Shown here piece by piece: positions 8,857 to 16,986 of a stretch of DNA of 64,000 nucleotides (position 1 is its first letter; each line of letters begins with the position of its first letter). The stretch spans positions 66,300 to 130,299 of the forward strand of contig JAVKIE010000001.1 of NCBI GenBank assembly GCA_031459615.1, given 5' to 3'. Position numbers and translations under genes: made by a program. The notes under the pieces were generated by a model. The model saw only the letters and a program-made list of their open reading frames with translations. It did no database searches and had not been told where the DNA came from. The DNA is from Candidatus Calidihabitans tengchongensis. Its GTDB lineage: Bacteria; Sysuimicrobiota; Sysuimicrobiia; Sysuimicrobiales; Kaftiobacteriaceae.

Positions 8857-9512
8857 ACCTCGTCCATCACCGCCTCAAACAGGATCGGACAGGCCAGCAC
8901 GAACACCGCGACGCTGCCGGCCAGCACCCCCGGCCACACGCCTGCCGGCGCGCCCGCCAGGACGGCCTCGGTGAGCCGGATGCAGGCCAGCACGGGCGGC
9001 AGGGCCAGGGGCAGCATCAGCAGGGGCGCCAGCAGCTCCCGCCCCCGCACGTGCAGCAGCAGTCCGGCCACCAGCGTTCCCAGGGCCGCCAGGGCGGCCA
9101 CGCCGGCCCCGCCCACCGCCGCCAGCTGCGGCAGGCGCGCGGCCACGGGGAGTCCGAACAGGAATGCAGCCAGGATCAGCAGGACGGCCACCACACCCCC
9201 CAGGAGGACCGCGAGCGCGGCGGCTTTGCCCCAGTACAGGTGCTCGCGCCGGCCCGGGTACAGCAGCAGCGCCTCCAGCGCCTGCTGGTCAGCCTCGGCC
9301 TGGGTGATCCGCGGGATGCCCACCGCCGCCGCGCACGCTGCCGACACCCACACCACGGCGGCGGCGCGGGCGGGTTCGGGCCCCAGCGCCACGCCCAGGA
9401 CCAGCACCAGCAGCAGGCCCGCCAGGAGCATGGTGAGGGCGACGGCTCGTCCTCGCCACTCCGCGCGCAGGTCCTTGCGGGCCACCGCCGCCGCCCGCGT
9501 CCACCCGCTCAC
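8853..9512 (-). CDS. ccmB: heme exporter ABC permease CcmB
   Basis: 219-aa six-TM protein (ARKDLRAEWR...). GTG start at 9510-9512 overlaps the ccmA stop (GTGA). The ORF track has a spurious 5' extension to 10004. Confidence 0.8.
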   Translation of the reverse strand: MSGWTRAAAVARKDLRAEWRGRAVALTMLLAGLLLVLVLGVALGPEPARAAAVVWVSAACAAAVGIPRITQAEADQQALEALLLYPGRREHLYWGKAAALAVLLGGVVAVLLILAAFLFGLPVAARLPQLAAVGGAGVAALAALGTLVAGLLLHVRGRELLAPLLMLPLALPPVLACIRLTEAVLAGAPAGVWPGVLAGSVAVFVLACPILFEAVMDEV

Positions 9513-10201
9513 GGGCGGCCTCCCTGCGCGGCGAACGCCGGCGCACCGGGGGCCAGGGATCGGAGCGCGGCGGGCTCCCCGGCCTGCAGCACCAGTTCCG
9601 CATCCGCCAGCGCCCGGGCGCGGTCGCGGTCGTGGGTGGCGATCACGGCACTGCCTCCCCGGGCGACGACCTCCGCCACCATGGCGGCGACCAGCGCGGC
9701 CCCCTCGGGATCCAGCCCGGCGTAGGGCTCGTCCAGCAGCAGCAGCCGCGGCTGGCCCAACCAGACCCGCGCCAGCGCCAGCCGGCGCTTCATGCCCTGG
9801 CTGAAGGTCCGGACGAGCCGGTCGGCGGCGGCACCCAGACCCACCCGGCGCAGCCAGGCGTCCACGTCCGTCTGCGGGCGCCCCCACAGGGCGGCTGCGA
9901 ACTCCAGATTCTCGCGGGCCGTGAGCAGCTCGTAACCGCCGAAGGCGGCGCCCACCAGCCCCACCATCGGGCGCACCCGGTCCGCCTGCCTGACCAGGTC
10001 GCATCCGAAGACGGTGCCCCCGCCCGCCGTGGGTCGCAGGGCGGTGGCCAGCAGGCGCAGCAGCGTCGTCTTGCCCGACCCGTTGGGACCGGAGACCAGC
10101 AGCACCCGGCCGGCAGGCACGGTCAGGGTGATGCGGCGCACGGCCCAGACCGGGCCGAACCGCCGTCCCAGGTTCACCGCGCGCACGGCCGGGACGTCCA
10201 C
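9509..10201 (-). CDS. ccmA: heme exporter ABC ATPase CcmA
   Basis: Walker A GPNGSGKTTLLR, signature FSQGMKRRLALA and Walker B LLLLDEP. Start is GTG 10199-10201. The ORF track extends spuriously to 11008 on the opposite strand of the cyt c gene. Confidence 0.8.
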   Translation of the reverse strand: MDVPAVRAVNLGRRFGPVWAVRRITLTVPAGRVLLVSGPNGSGKTTLLRLLATALRPTAGGGTVFGCDLVRQADRVRPMVGLVGAAFGGYELLTARENLEFAAALWGRPQTDVDAWLRRVGLGAAADRLVRTFSQGMKRRLALARVWLGQPRLLLLDEPYAGLDPEGAALVAAMVAEVVARGGSAVIATHDRDRARALADAELVLQAGEPAALRSLAPGAPAFAAQGGRP

Positions 10202-10366
10202 ACCCCTGCCCCCTCGTCCTCCTGTCTGTGTGCGGGAGGACACTCGCCGTGTCCAGTTCGCGCCCGGCGGCGCCGGCGCCTGCCGCTCCACCGCGCGACG
10301 GCGGAAGGCCACTTCGCCACGCCCCGGCAGGGACAGCGCGCGCGGTCGGAGAATTGTCCCGGGCGT

Positions 10367-11269
10367 ATGGGGGGTCGGATCGTCGCCGTCGCCATCGTCG
10401 TGGCCGGCGCTCTTTTTTTGGCCGGCTGCCAGCCCGCGGTGGACATCTCCCGGGCGGGCGTGGAGGCGGCGCGGGAGCTGCCCCCGGCGCCGCCGGATCG
10501 ACCCCTGCTGCCCGTGGACGCCCGGGGCCAGCCCATCCGTCCCTCGGCCGAGGTGGGCGCCCAGGTGTTCAGCCGGGCGCGGTGCGACGTCTGCCACGGC
10601 CCTCAGGGACGCGGCGACGGGCCCGCGGCGGCGGGTCTGCGGGCGGAGCAGAAGACGCTGCTGCACGACCTGGCCCGCCTGGTGGGGATCCGCCTGCAGC
10701 CCGAGCGGCTGCCCAGCCGCCCGGCCAACTTCCACAACGTGGTGGCGATGCGCCTGAACAGCCCGTTCAGCATGTACGAGACCGTCACCCGGGGGCGCCC
10801 GCACACGGCGATGCCGGCGTTCGGCCCGCGCCCGGCCTACGGCGCCACGTCCTTCGGCGTCCGGCTGACCGACGCGGAGCGCTGGCACGTGATCTTCTTC
10901 GAGTGGGCGTTCGCCACCACGCCCGAGGAGGTGGCGCGGGGACGCGAGCTGTACGAGACGCGGGCCATCGAGGTGGGCGGGCGCGCCCTGACCTGCGCGT
11001 CCTGCCACGGGGTGCGGGGGGACGGCCGGGGGCCGGAGGGCGTGCGGCTGAGCCAGCGGCTGTGGACGTGGGCCCGGGGACAGGGCCCGGGGATCTTCAC
11101 CGACTTCAACCTGATGGCCCAGCGCAAGCCCAGCGACCTGTTCCAGGCGGTCGTGGACGGACGGGGAGAGATGCCCGCCTACCGGGGGAAGCTCACCGAG
11201 GACGAGATCTGGGCCCTCGTGAACTACATCTATACGTTCGTCTACGACTATCCGGGGCTGCGCCGGTAG
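10367..11269 (+). CDS. diheme c-type cytochrome, lipoprotein
   Basis: Lipobox signal MGGRIVAVAIVVAGALFLAGC. Two CxxCH heme-binding sites (CDVCH, CASCH). ATG at 10367 sits in-frame inside the larger ORF 9632..11269. Confidence 0.75.
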   Translation: MGGRIVAVAIVVAGALFLAGCQPAVDISRAGVEAARELPPAPPDRPLLPVDARGQPIRPSAEVGAQVFSRARCDVCHGPQGRGDGPAAAGLRAEQKTLLHDLARLVGIRLQPERLPSRPANFHNVVAMRLNSPFSMYETVTRGRPHTAMPAFGPRPAYGATSFGVRLTDAERWHVIFFEWAFATTPEEVARGRELYETRAIEVGGRALTCASCHGVRGDGRGPEGVRLSQRLWTWARGQGPGIFTDFNLMAQRKPSDLFQAVVDGRGEMPAYRGKLTEDEIWALVNYIYTFVYDYPGLRR

Positions 11270-11368
11270 CGCGCCCTCCCGTCCGTCGGGCCACAGCGTA
11301 TGGTGCCCGGGCGGTGCGCGCGCGGGTGCGTGCTATAGTGATGGGGTCACAACGGGTGGGATGATCGT

Positions 11369-12061
11369 ATGGAGAACCCGCCGACGCGGATGATGGAGCG
11401 GCGCCGGTTCCTGCGCCTGGCGACCACCGTTCCGGCGCTGGCCGCCCTGGCCGGGCTGGTGTCGCCGCTGCTGCGGCTGCTCAAGCCCAACGTGGACAAG
11501 TTCCGCATCTACGCCCCCACGGCGCACGACACCCCCCAGGGCGAGGCCATCGTGGCGGCCACCCTGTCGGAGGTCGCCCGCCCCTGGGACTTCAAGTACT
11601 TCGTGTTCACCCAGAAGTATCCCCAGTACACGCCCCAGGGATTCAAAGCCGCCGTCGTGCCGGGGGTGGTGGTCCGCCTGCCGCGGAAGATCCGTCTGTA
11701 CGATCCGGCCACCGGCCGCGGCCCTCTGGCGTGGGCCCGGGACATCGGCAAGACCCCCCGGGTCACCGACAGCGACCTGGTGGTGTTTTCCCGGATCTGC
11801 CCGCACCTGGGCTGCATCTTCAACTACGTCCCCGACTACCGGGAGATCACCGCCGGCTACGGCGGCTACGTGCCGCCCCCCGAGCGCCGGCACGCCCTGA
11901 TGGGGTGTCCCTGCCACCTGAGCATCTACGACCCGGCCGACCCGCAGGTCCCGGGGAGGGTCCTCTCGGGTCCGGCGCCGCGCCCCCCGCGCACGTTTCT
12001 GTTTGAGGTGCGGGGCGGGGACATCGTCATCACCGACGTGGAGCCGGGGGGAATCGCCTGA
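11369..12061 (+). CDS. Rieske [2Fe-2S] iron-sulfur protein of a cytochrome bc-type complex (Tat signal)
   Basis: Twin-arginine motif ERRRFLRLA. Rieske boxes CPHLGC and CPCHLS, with disulfide cysteines. Confidence 0.85.
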   Translation: MENPPTRMMERRRFLRLATTVPALAALAGLVSPLLRLLKPNVDKFRIYAPTAHDTPQGEAIVAATLSEVARPWDFKYFVFTQKYPQYTPQGFKAAVVPGVVVRLPRKIRLYDPATGRGPLAWARDIGKTPRVTDSDLVVFSRICPHLGCIFNYVPDYREITAGYGGYVPPPERRHALMGCPCHLSIYDPADPQVPGRVLSGPAPRPPRTFLFEVRGGDIVITDVEPGGIA

Positions 12062-12070
12062 GGTCTGACC

Positions 12071-13231
12071 ATGTGGGAGACGGTGCGCGACTGGCTGCGA
12101 GAGCGCCGGGAGAAACTGGACCTGTTCGACGAGACCCTGGTGGCCCGGCAGGGCAATCCCTTCTACCTCCTGGGGCCCATGCTGTACTACTTCTGGCTCA
12201 TCACCGTCGTCACCGGGGTCGTCCTGATGCTGTGGTACGAGCCCACCACCACGGGCGCCTACAGCTCCATCGAGCGCATTCAGAACGAGATCGGCCGCAC
12301 CGGCCTGACCGTGTTCGGGCGCCCGGTGGTCCTGGGCGGGCTGATCCGCGGCCTGCACAAGTACGGCGCCGACGCCCTCATCACCGTCATCTTCCTGCGC
12401 CTGTACCGCATGTACTTCCTGGGAGAGTACAAGAAGCCGGGCGAGCTGTCGTGGATGCTGGCCTTTGCCGGATTGATCCTGGCCATGATCTCCGGGATCA
12501 CCGGCTACCTGCTCATCTGGAACCAGCGGGCCTTCTGGGCCGCCAAGGTAGTCCTGACGGTCCCGGTGTACTTCGACGAGATCCCGGTCCTGGGCCAGTT
12601 GAAGTTCGGCTCGATGATCGCCTACCTGTTCCTGGGCGGGCCGGCCATCGGCCAGGCCACCATCACCCGGTTTTACGCCATCCACTTCGGCATCTCCCTG
12701 GTCCTGCTGGTCCTGGTGGAGGTGCTGTTCTTCCGCACCCGCCGCAAGCGCATCAACATGTCGCTGACGCCCCTGGCGGTGTTCCTGGTCATGCTGGTGG
12801 TCATCTCCCTCCTCCTGCCAGCCGAAAGCGGCCGGCGGGCCGATCCCACGCGGACGCCCCTGCCCATCCTGTCGGACTGGTACTTCCTGGCCCTGTACCA
12901 GTACGTGAAGTATACGCCGCCGTTGTGGGCGGGGCTGGGCCCCGGGCTGCTCATCGGCTTCGGCATGCTGGTGCCCTTTCTGGACCGCAGCCGGGGCCGC
13001 CGGCCCCTGGAGCGGCCGTTCTTCTTCGTGGTGGGCGTGCTGGCGCTCACCTACTTCCTGGTGTTCACGGCGCTGATCCTGTTCAACATCGCGGTGATCG
13101 AGCGGGATCCGTTCATCATCATGCTGGTGACGCTGGCGGTTCTGAGCCTGGGCCTGGCGTGGGAGATCCGGTACCGCCGCCGCCGGGCGGCGGCCCCCGC
13201 TGCGCCAGCCCGGGCGCCCGCCCGCGGGTAG
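12071..13231 (+). CDS. cytochrome b-like membrane subunit (fused b6 + subunit IV length) retaining only the heme bL histidine pair
   Basis: N-terminus and Qo-region align with cytochrome b (GYLLIWNQRAFWAAKVV..., TRFYAIHFG, SDWY in place of PEWY). In the helix B motif LHKYGADALITVIFLR the second His is Arg. In the helix D motif IHFGISLVLLVLVEVL the second His is absent. Only 2 His occur in the first 300 aa. Confidence 0.8.
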   Translation: MWETVRDWLRERREKLDLFDETLVARQGNPFYLLGPMLYYFWLITVVTGVVLMLWYEPTTTGAYSSIERIQNEIGRTGLTVFGRPVVLGGLIRGLHKYGADALITVIFLRLYRMYFLGEYKKPGELSWMLAFAGLILAMISGITGYLLIWNQRAFWAAKVVLTVPVYFDEIPVLGQLKFGSMIAYLFLGGPAIGQATITRFYAIHFGISLVLLVLVEVLFFRTRRKRINMSLTPLAVFLVMLVVISLLLPAESGRRADPTRTPLPILSDWYFLALYQYVKYTPPLWAGLGPGLLIGFGMLVPFLDRSRGRRPLERPFFFVVGVLALTYFLVFTALILFNIAVIERDPFIIMLVTLAVLSLGLAWEIRYRRRRAAAPAAPARAPARG

Positions 13232-13235
13232 GCCG

Positions 13236-13481
13236 ATGCGGCTGCTGTCCATCGCGGTGGCGTTCGTGGCGGCCCTGGCGGCCCTGTCGGCGGGGTGGGC
13301 GGCGGTGCAGGCGGCGTGGGCCGCCCCCACCCCGGGCGCCCTGGCCCGGGTGGCGGGGTACGCGCTGGTCTTCGCGGCGGCGTTTCTGTACCTGGGGTTC
13401 TGGGTGTACGCGGCGGACCGCGCGGCGGGCAGGGTCCGCCGGCGCATCGGCCTGTATGAGCGCTTCCTGGCCGGCCGGTAG
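13236..13481 (+). CDS. small hydrophobic membrane protein (81 aa)
   Basis: ORF starts 5 nt after the cyt b-like stop. Two predicted TM helices. No recognisable motif. Confidence 0.35.
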   Translation: MRLLSIAVAFVAALAALSAGWAAVQAAWAAPTPGALARVAGYALVFAAAFLYLGFWVYAADRAAGRVRRRIGLYERFLAGR

Positions 13482-13540
13482 GACCCCGGTGGGAGCCCCT
13501 GGCGTCGGGGAGGGATGGGCGTGAATGCGGAGGGGACGGG

Positions 13541-13741
13541 ATGCGGAACGCGCATCTGACCGGCATCATCGCCCTCAGCGCCGTGGCCGTGGCGGCCGCG
13601 GCCGGCATCGTCTACGGGGAAGCCACCGACCGGTGGTACCTGGGCGGCGCCCTGGTGGGCGTGCTGCTGATCGCGTACGCGGGCATCGTGCTGCTGCTGC
13701 GTCGGATGGGCCTGATCGGGCCCCGGAGGGCTGAGCGGTGA
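13541..13741 (+). CDS. small membrane protein (66 aa)
   Basis: Two TM helices. Its stop overlaps the GTG of the downstream cyt b-ferredoxin gene (GTGA), suggesting co-translation within the same module. Confidence 0.35.
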   Translation: MRNAHLTGIIALSAVAVAAAAGIVYGEATDRWYLGGALVGVLLIAYAGIVLLLRRMGLIGPRRAER

Positions 13742-14931
13742 GCGTCGCGGACGTGCGGCCCAGCCGCTACGGGCGGGTGATGACCGCGCTGTTGCGGGCC
13801 ACCCTGCGGGTGGACACGTGGATCCACCGGATCGTGCCCACCGACTACAACCCGCTGTACTACACCGGCGGCCTGGCCAACCTCTTCCTGCTGGTCCTGG
13901 TCCTCTCGGGTATCTTCCTGTTCTTCTACTACGAGGCCAGCCTGGAGGGCGCGTTCGCCTCGGTGCGCTACCTGACCCAGGCGGTCCCCTACGGGGGGCT
14001 GCTGCGGGGGGTGCACCGCTACGCCGCCGACGCCTTCGTGGTGGCCATCCTGCTGCACCTGTTCCGCAACTGGTTCACCGACCGCTACCTGTTCTCCCGG
14101 GATAACCCGTGGATCTCGGGGATGATCCTGCTGCTGTTCGGGGGCTTCATCGGGGTCACCGGCTACCAGCTGGTGTGGGATGAGCGGGCCCAGGTCCTGA
14201 CCGCGCTGTTCGCGCGCCTGCTGCGCAGCATCCCCGGGGTGGGCGGCGCGCTGGCCGAGCTGTTCTTGGGGGGGCGCGGGGTCAGCGATGCCACCCTGGT
14301 GCGGATGCTGTTCCTGCACATCGGGCCCGCCTCGGCCCTGTACCTGCTGCTGTGGTGGCACTACCTGCGGCTGCGCCACCCCAAGATCTGGCCGCCGGCG
14401 ATGTGGGTGCTGTTCTGCGTGGGGCTGGTCTTCCTGCTGGCGGGCCTGATTCCCGTGGGCGCCGAGGCCATCCCGCCGGCGGCGCCGGCCGCGCGGCCCA
14501 CCCGGTTCGCCCTGGATGTCTTCTTCCTGTGGCCGTTCTGGCTGCTGAACTGGCTGCCGCCCCGCGGGGTCGTGGCCCTGGGGGTGGTCCTGTTCACCGC
14601 CGGCCTGGCCATCCCGTACCTCAGCCGGCGAGAGCACCCCGCGGCCATGGGGGTGCGCCACGCCGGCGTGGCCCAGGTGATCGACGGCAACTGCACCGGA
14701 TGCGAGCTGTGCTACTACGACTGTCCCTACAACGCCATCGTCATGGTGCCGTCTCCCGCCCCGGGGCTGACCAAGGCGGCGGCGAACCGCACCCTGCTGG
14801 CGGTGGTGGTGGAGTCCCGGTGCGTGGAATGCGGGATCTGCATCGGCGCGTGCCCCTTTGAGGCGCTGGAGCTGCCCCGGCTCCTGGAGCGGGACGTGCT
14901 GGCGCAGGTGGCGGAGGCGGTGTCGGCATGA
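13738..14931 (+). CDS. cytochrome b (both bis-His heme sites intact) fused to a C-terminal 2x[4Fe-4S] ferredoxin domain
   Basis: Helix B motif VHRYAADAFVVAILLH and helix D motif LHIGPASALYLLLWWH both keep the H-x13-H spacing. C-terminal CTGCELCYYDCP and CVECGICIGACP are two classic 4Fe-4S ferredoxin motifs. Confidence 0.75.
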   Translation: MSVADVRPSRYGRVMTALLRATLRVDTWIHRIVPTDYNPLYYTGGLANLFLLVLVLSGIFLFFYYEASLEGAFASVRYLTQAVPYGGLLRGVHRYAADAFVVAILLHLFRNWFTDRYLFSRDNPWISGMILLLFGGFIGVTGYQLVWDERAQVLTALFARLLRSIPGVGGALAELFLGGRGVSDATLVRMLFLHIGPASALYLLLWWHYLRLRHPKIWPPAMWVLFCVGLVFLLAGLIPVGAEAIPPAAPAARPTRFALDVFFLWPFWLLNWLPPRGVVALGVVLFTAGLAIPYLSRREHPAAMGVRHAGVAQVIDGNCTGCELCYYDCPYNAIVMVPSPAPGLTKAAANRTLLAVVVESRCVECGICIGACPFEALELPRLLERDVLAQVAEAVSA

Positions 14932-15377
14932 GCGAGCCCCGGATCGTGGGGTTTGTGTGCGACTGGAGCGTGGACCTCCGGCCCCTGGTGGACGGCGGCC
15001 GGCTGCGGGATCTGCCCGGGGTGCGGATCATCCGCGTCCCCTGCTCGGGTTTCGTGCGCCCCGCGTGGCTGGAGGAGGCCCTCGTCCGGGGCGCCGCCGG
15101 CGCCTTCGTCACCGGGTGTCCGTACGGGGACTGCCTGAACCGCGAGGGCAACTTCCTGATGCGGGATCGGATCGACCAGCTGCAGCGCCGGCTGCAGCGC
15201 CGCAAGATCGACCCCGCCCGGGTGGCCATGCTGGCCCACGGGCTGCACGACGGGCGGGCGTTCCTGGAGGCGGTGCGCGCCTTCGCGGACCGGGTGGCCG
15301 CGCTGCCGGCTCCGGCCCGGCCGGGCCGCCCGGCGGTGGCGCAACCGGCCGGCGCGCCGGAGGGGGAGGGGACGTGA
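14928..15377 (+). CDS. MvhD/FlpD-like protein (methyl-viologen-reducing hydrogenase delta subunit family, [2Fe-2S])
   Basis: IVGFVCDWSVD...RIIRVPCSGFV...GAFVTGCPYGDCLNREGN matches the FlpD/MvhD cysteine pattern (C-x-W-C/S...PCSG...GC..G.C). ATGA overlap with the upstream cyt b-Fd fusion. Confidence 0.6.
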   Translation: MSEPRIVGFVCDWSVDLRPLVDGGRLRDLPGVRIIRVPCSGFVRPAWLEEALVRGAAGAFVTGCPYGDCLNREGNFLMRDRIDQLQRRLQRRKIDPARVAMLAHGLHDGRAFLEAVRAFADRVAALPAPARPGRPAVAQPAGAPEGEGT

Positions 15378-15481
15378 GCCGGGCGCCGCTGCGGGTGCAC
15401 CTGCTGTACCTGTTGTTCTACCTGTTCTGGTTCCTGCTGCTGACGTTCATCGCGTCCTTCGGGCTGGTGGCCGAGGCGTAG
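15374..15481 (+). CDS. 35-aa single-TM peptide, translationally coupled to the MvhD-like gene
   Basis: GTG overlaps the MvhD-like TGA (GTGA). Sequence VSRAPLRVHLLYLLFYLFWFLLLTFIASFGLVAEA is reminiscent of the small PetG/L/N-type subunits of Rieske/cyt b complexes. Confidence 0.3.
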   Translation: MSRAPLRVHLLYLLFYLFWFLLLTFIASFGLVAEA

Positions 15482-15598
15482 GCCGCCCTCGGGTGGCCCG
15501 GGATTCCGGCGGCGCTGCTGGCGGTGGCGGAGTCCCTCTGCTATTCTGGTGACGGTTTTCCGCACGCCAGAGTCCGTGTCCAGACAAGGAGGGAGCGC

Positions 15599-15976
15599 AT
15601 GGGCAGGAGGATGGGGCGGTGGGCGGTGCTGGCCGGCGTGGCGGTGATCGTCGCGGGCTGCGGGGGCGGTGGTCCCCGGGGCGGGCAGCCGGCGGCGCCG
15701 GCGGAGGGAGCCATCACCGTCACCGAGACCGAGTGGGCCATCCGGTTTCCCGGCACCCCCCTCAAGGCCGGGAAGGCCACCCTGGTCATCAGGAACGAGG
15801 GCACCATCGAGCACAACTTCGTCATCCAGGGGCTGGGCGTGGAAGTGGACGCCATCCCCCCCGGCGGGTCCCGGCAGGTGACCGTGGACCTGCGGCCGGG
15901 GACGTATGAGGTGGTCTGCAACCTCCCCGGCCACCTGGAGGCCGGCATGAAGACGACCATCACCGTCGCTCCCTGA
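15599..15976 (+). CDS. type-1 copper (cupredoxin/plastocyanin-like) lipoprotein
   Basis: Lipobox VIVAGCGG. Copper ligand pattern H(NF)...C(NLPG)H...M. AAGGAGGG RBS 5 nt before ATG 15599. The ORF track starts at 15524. Confidence 0.75.
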   Translation: MGRRMGRWAVLAGVAVIVAGCGGGGPRGGQPAAPAEGAITVTETEWAIRFPGTPLKAGKATLVIRNEGTIEHNFVIQGLGVEVDAIPPGGSRQVTVDLRPGTYEVVCNLPGHLEAGMKTTITVAP

Positions 15977-16011
15977 CGAGCCCGTCGCCCCGCCGCGAGA
16001 GGGCGGGCGCC

Positions 16012-16980
16012 ATGGATCTGTCGGCCATCTACGCCCCGGTCCGGGACGACCTGGACAGCCTGCAGCGGTTGCTGGAACAGGAGCTGCAGGCCGACGATCC
16101 CTTCATCGGGGACCTGGTGCGCCACGTGCTGAGCACCCGGGGCAAGATGATCCGCCCCGCCCTGGTCTGTCTGTCCGCCCAGGCCAGCGGCGGAGCCGGA
16201 GAGGCGCGCCTGTGGCTGGCGGCGGCGGTGGAGCTCATCCACATCGCCTCGTTGATCCACGACGATGTCATCGACGACGCCGCCGTGCGCCGGGGGGTGG
16301 CGACCGTCAACGTGCAGTGGGGCAACCAGATCGCCGTGCTGCTGGGGGATTACCTGTTCAGCAAGGCCTTCCACCTGCTCAGCCGCATCCGCCATCCCGA
16401 CGTGGCCCCCACGCTGGCCGTGGCCACGGTGCGCATGAGCCAGGCGGAGATCCTGCAGGTCAAGTACGGCCACGAGCCCCACGACGACGAAGGCGTGTAC
16501 TTCCAGATCATCGCCGGCAAGACGGCACACCTGTTCGCGGCGGCCTGCCGGGCGGGAGGGTTGCTGGCCGGCAACCGTCCCGCCGCGGAGCGGCTGGGCA
16601 TGTTCGGCCTGCACTGGGGCATGGCCTTCCAGATTACCGACGACACCCTGGATCTCACCGGGCGGGAGGCGGCCCTGGGCAAACCGGTCTACAGCGACAT
16701 CCAGACCGGGAAGGTGACCCTCCCCCTCATCCGCACCCTCCGGCAGGCCACCCCCCAGGACCGGGATCACCTGCTGCGCCTGCTGCACGGTCCCCTGGGA
16801 GACGGGGCCCGGGAGGACGTCCGGCGGCTGTTGCAGCGCTACGGCGGCATCGAGTACGCCCTGGACGTGGCCGGCCGGTACTCCCGCCAGGCGGCTCAGG
16901 CCCTGGCCCCGCTGCCTCCCGGTCCGGCCAAAGAGAGCCTGCTGGCCCTCACCGAGTTCGTCGTGGTGAGGTCGCACTGA
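16012..16980 (+). CDS. all-trans polyprenyl diphosphate synthase (hepta/octaprenyl-type, quinone side chain)
   Basis: First and second aspartate-rich motifs LIHDDVIDD and ITDDTLD. Overall IspB/HepT-like. Confidence 0.85.
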   Translation: MDLSAIYAPVRDDLDSLQRLLEQELQADDPFIGDLVRHVLSTRGKMIRPALVCLSAQASGGAGEARLWLAAAVELIHIASLIHDDVIDDAAVRRGVATVNVQWGNQIAVLLGDYLFSKAFHLLSRIRHPDVAPTLAVATVRMSQAEILQVKYGHEPHDDEGVYFQIIAGKTAHLFAAACRAGGLLAGNRPAAERLGMFGLHWGMAFQITDDTLDLTGREAALGKPVYSDIQTGKVTLPLIRTLRQATPQDRDHLLRLLHGPLGDGAREDVRRLLQRYGGIEYALDVAGRYSRQAAQALAPLPPGPAKESLLALTEFVVVRSH

Positions 16981-16986
16981 CCCGCG

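Noticed and set aside
9632-10366. N-terminal 245 aa of ORF 9632..11269 preceding the cytochrome c ATG
   Set aside because: It lies antisense to ccmA, the translation is low complexity, and the lipoprotein signal begins precisely at the internal ATG 10367.
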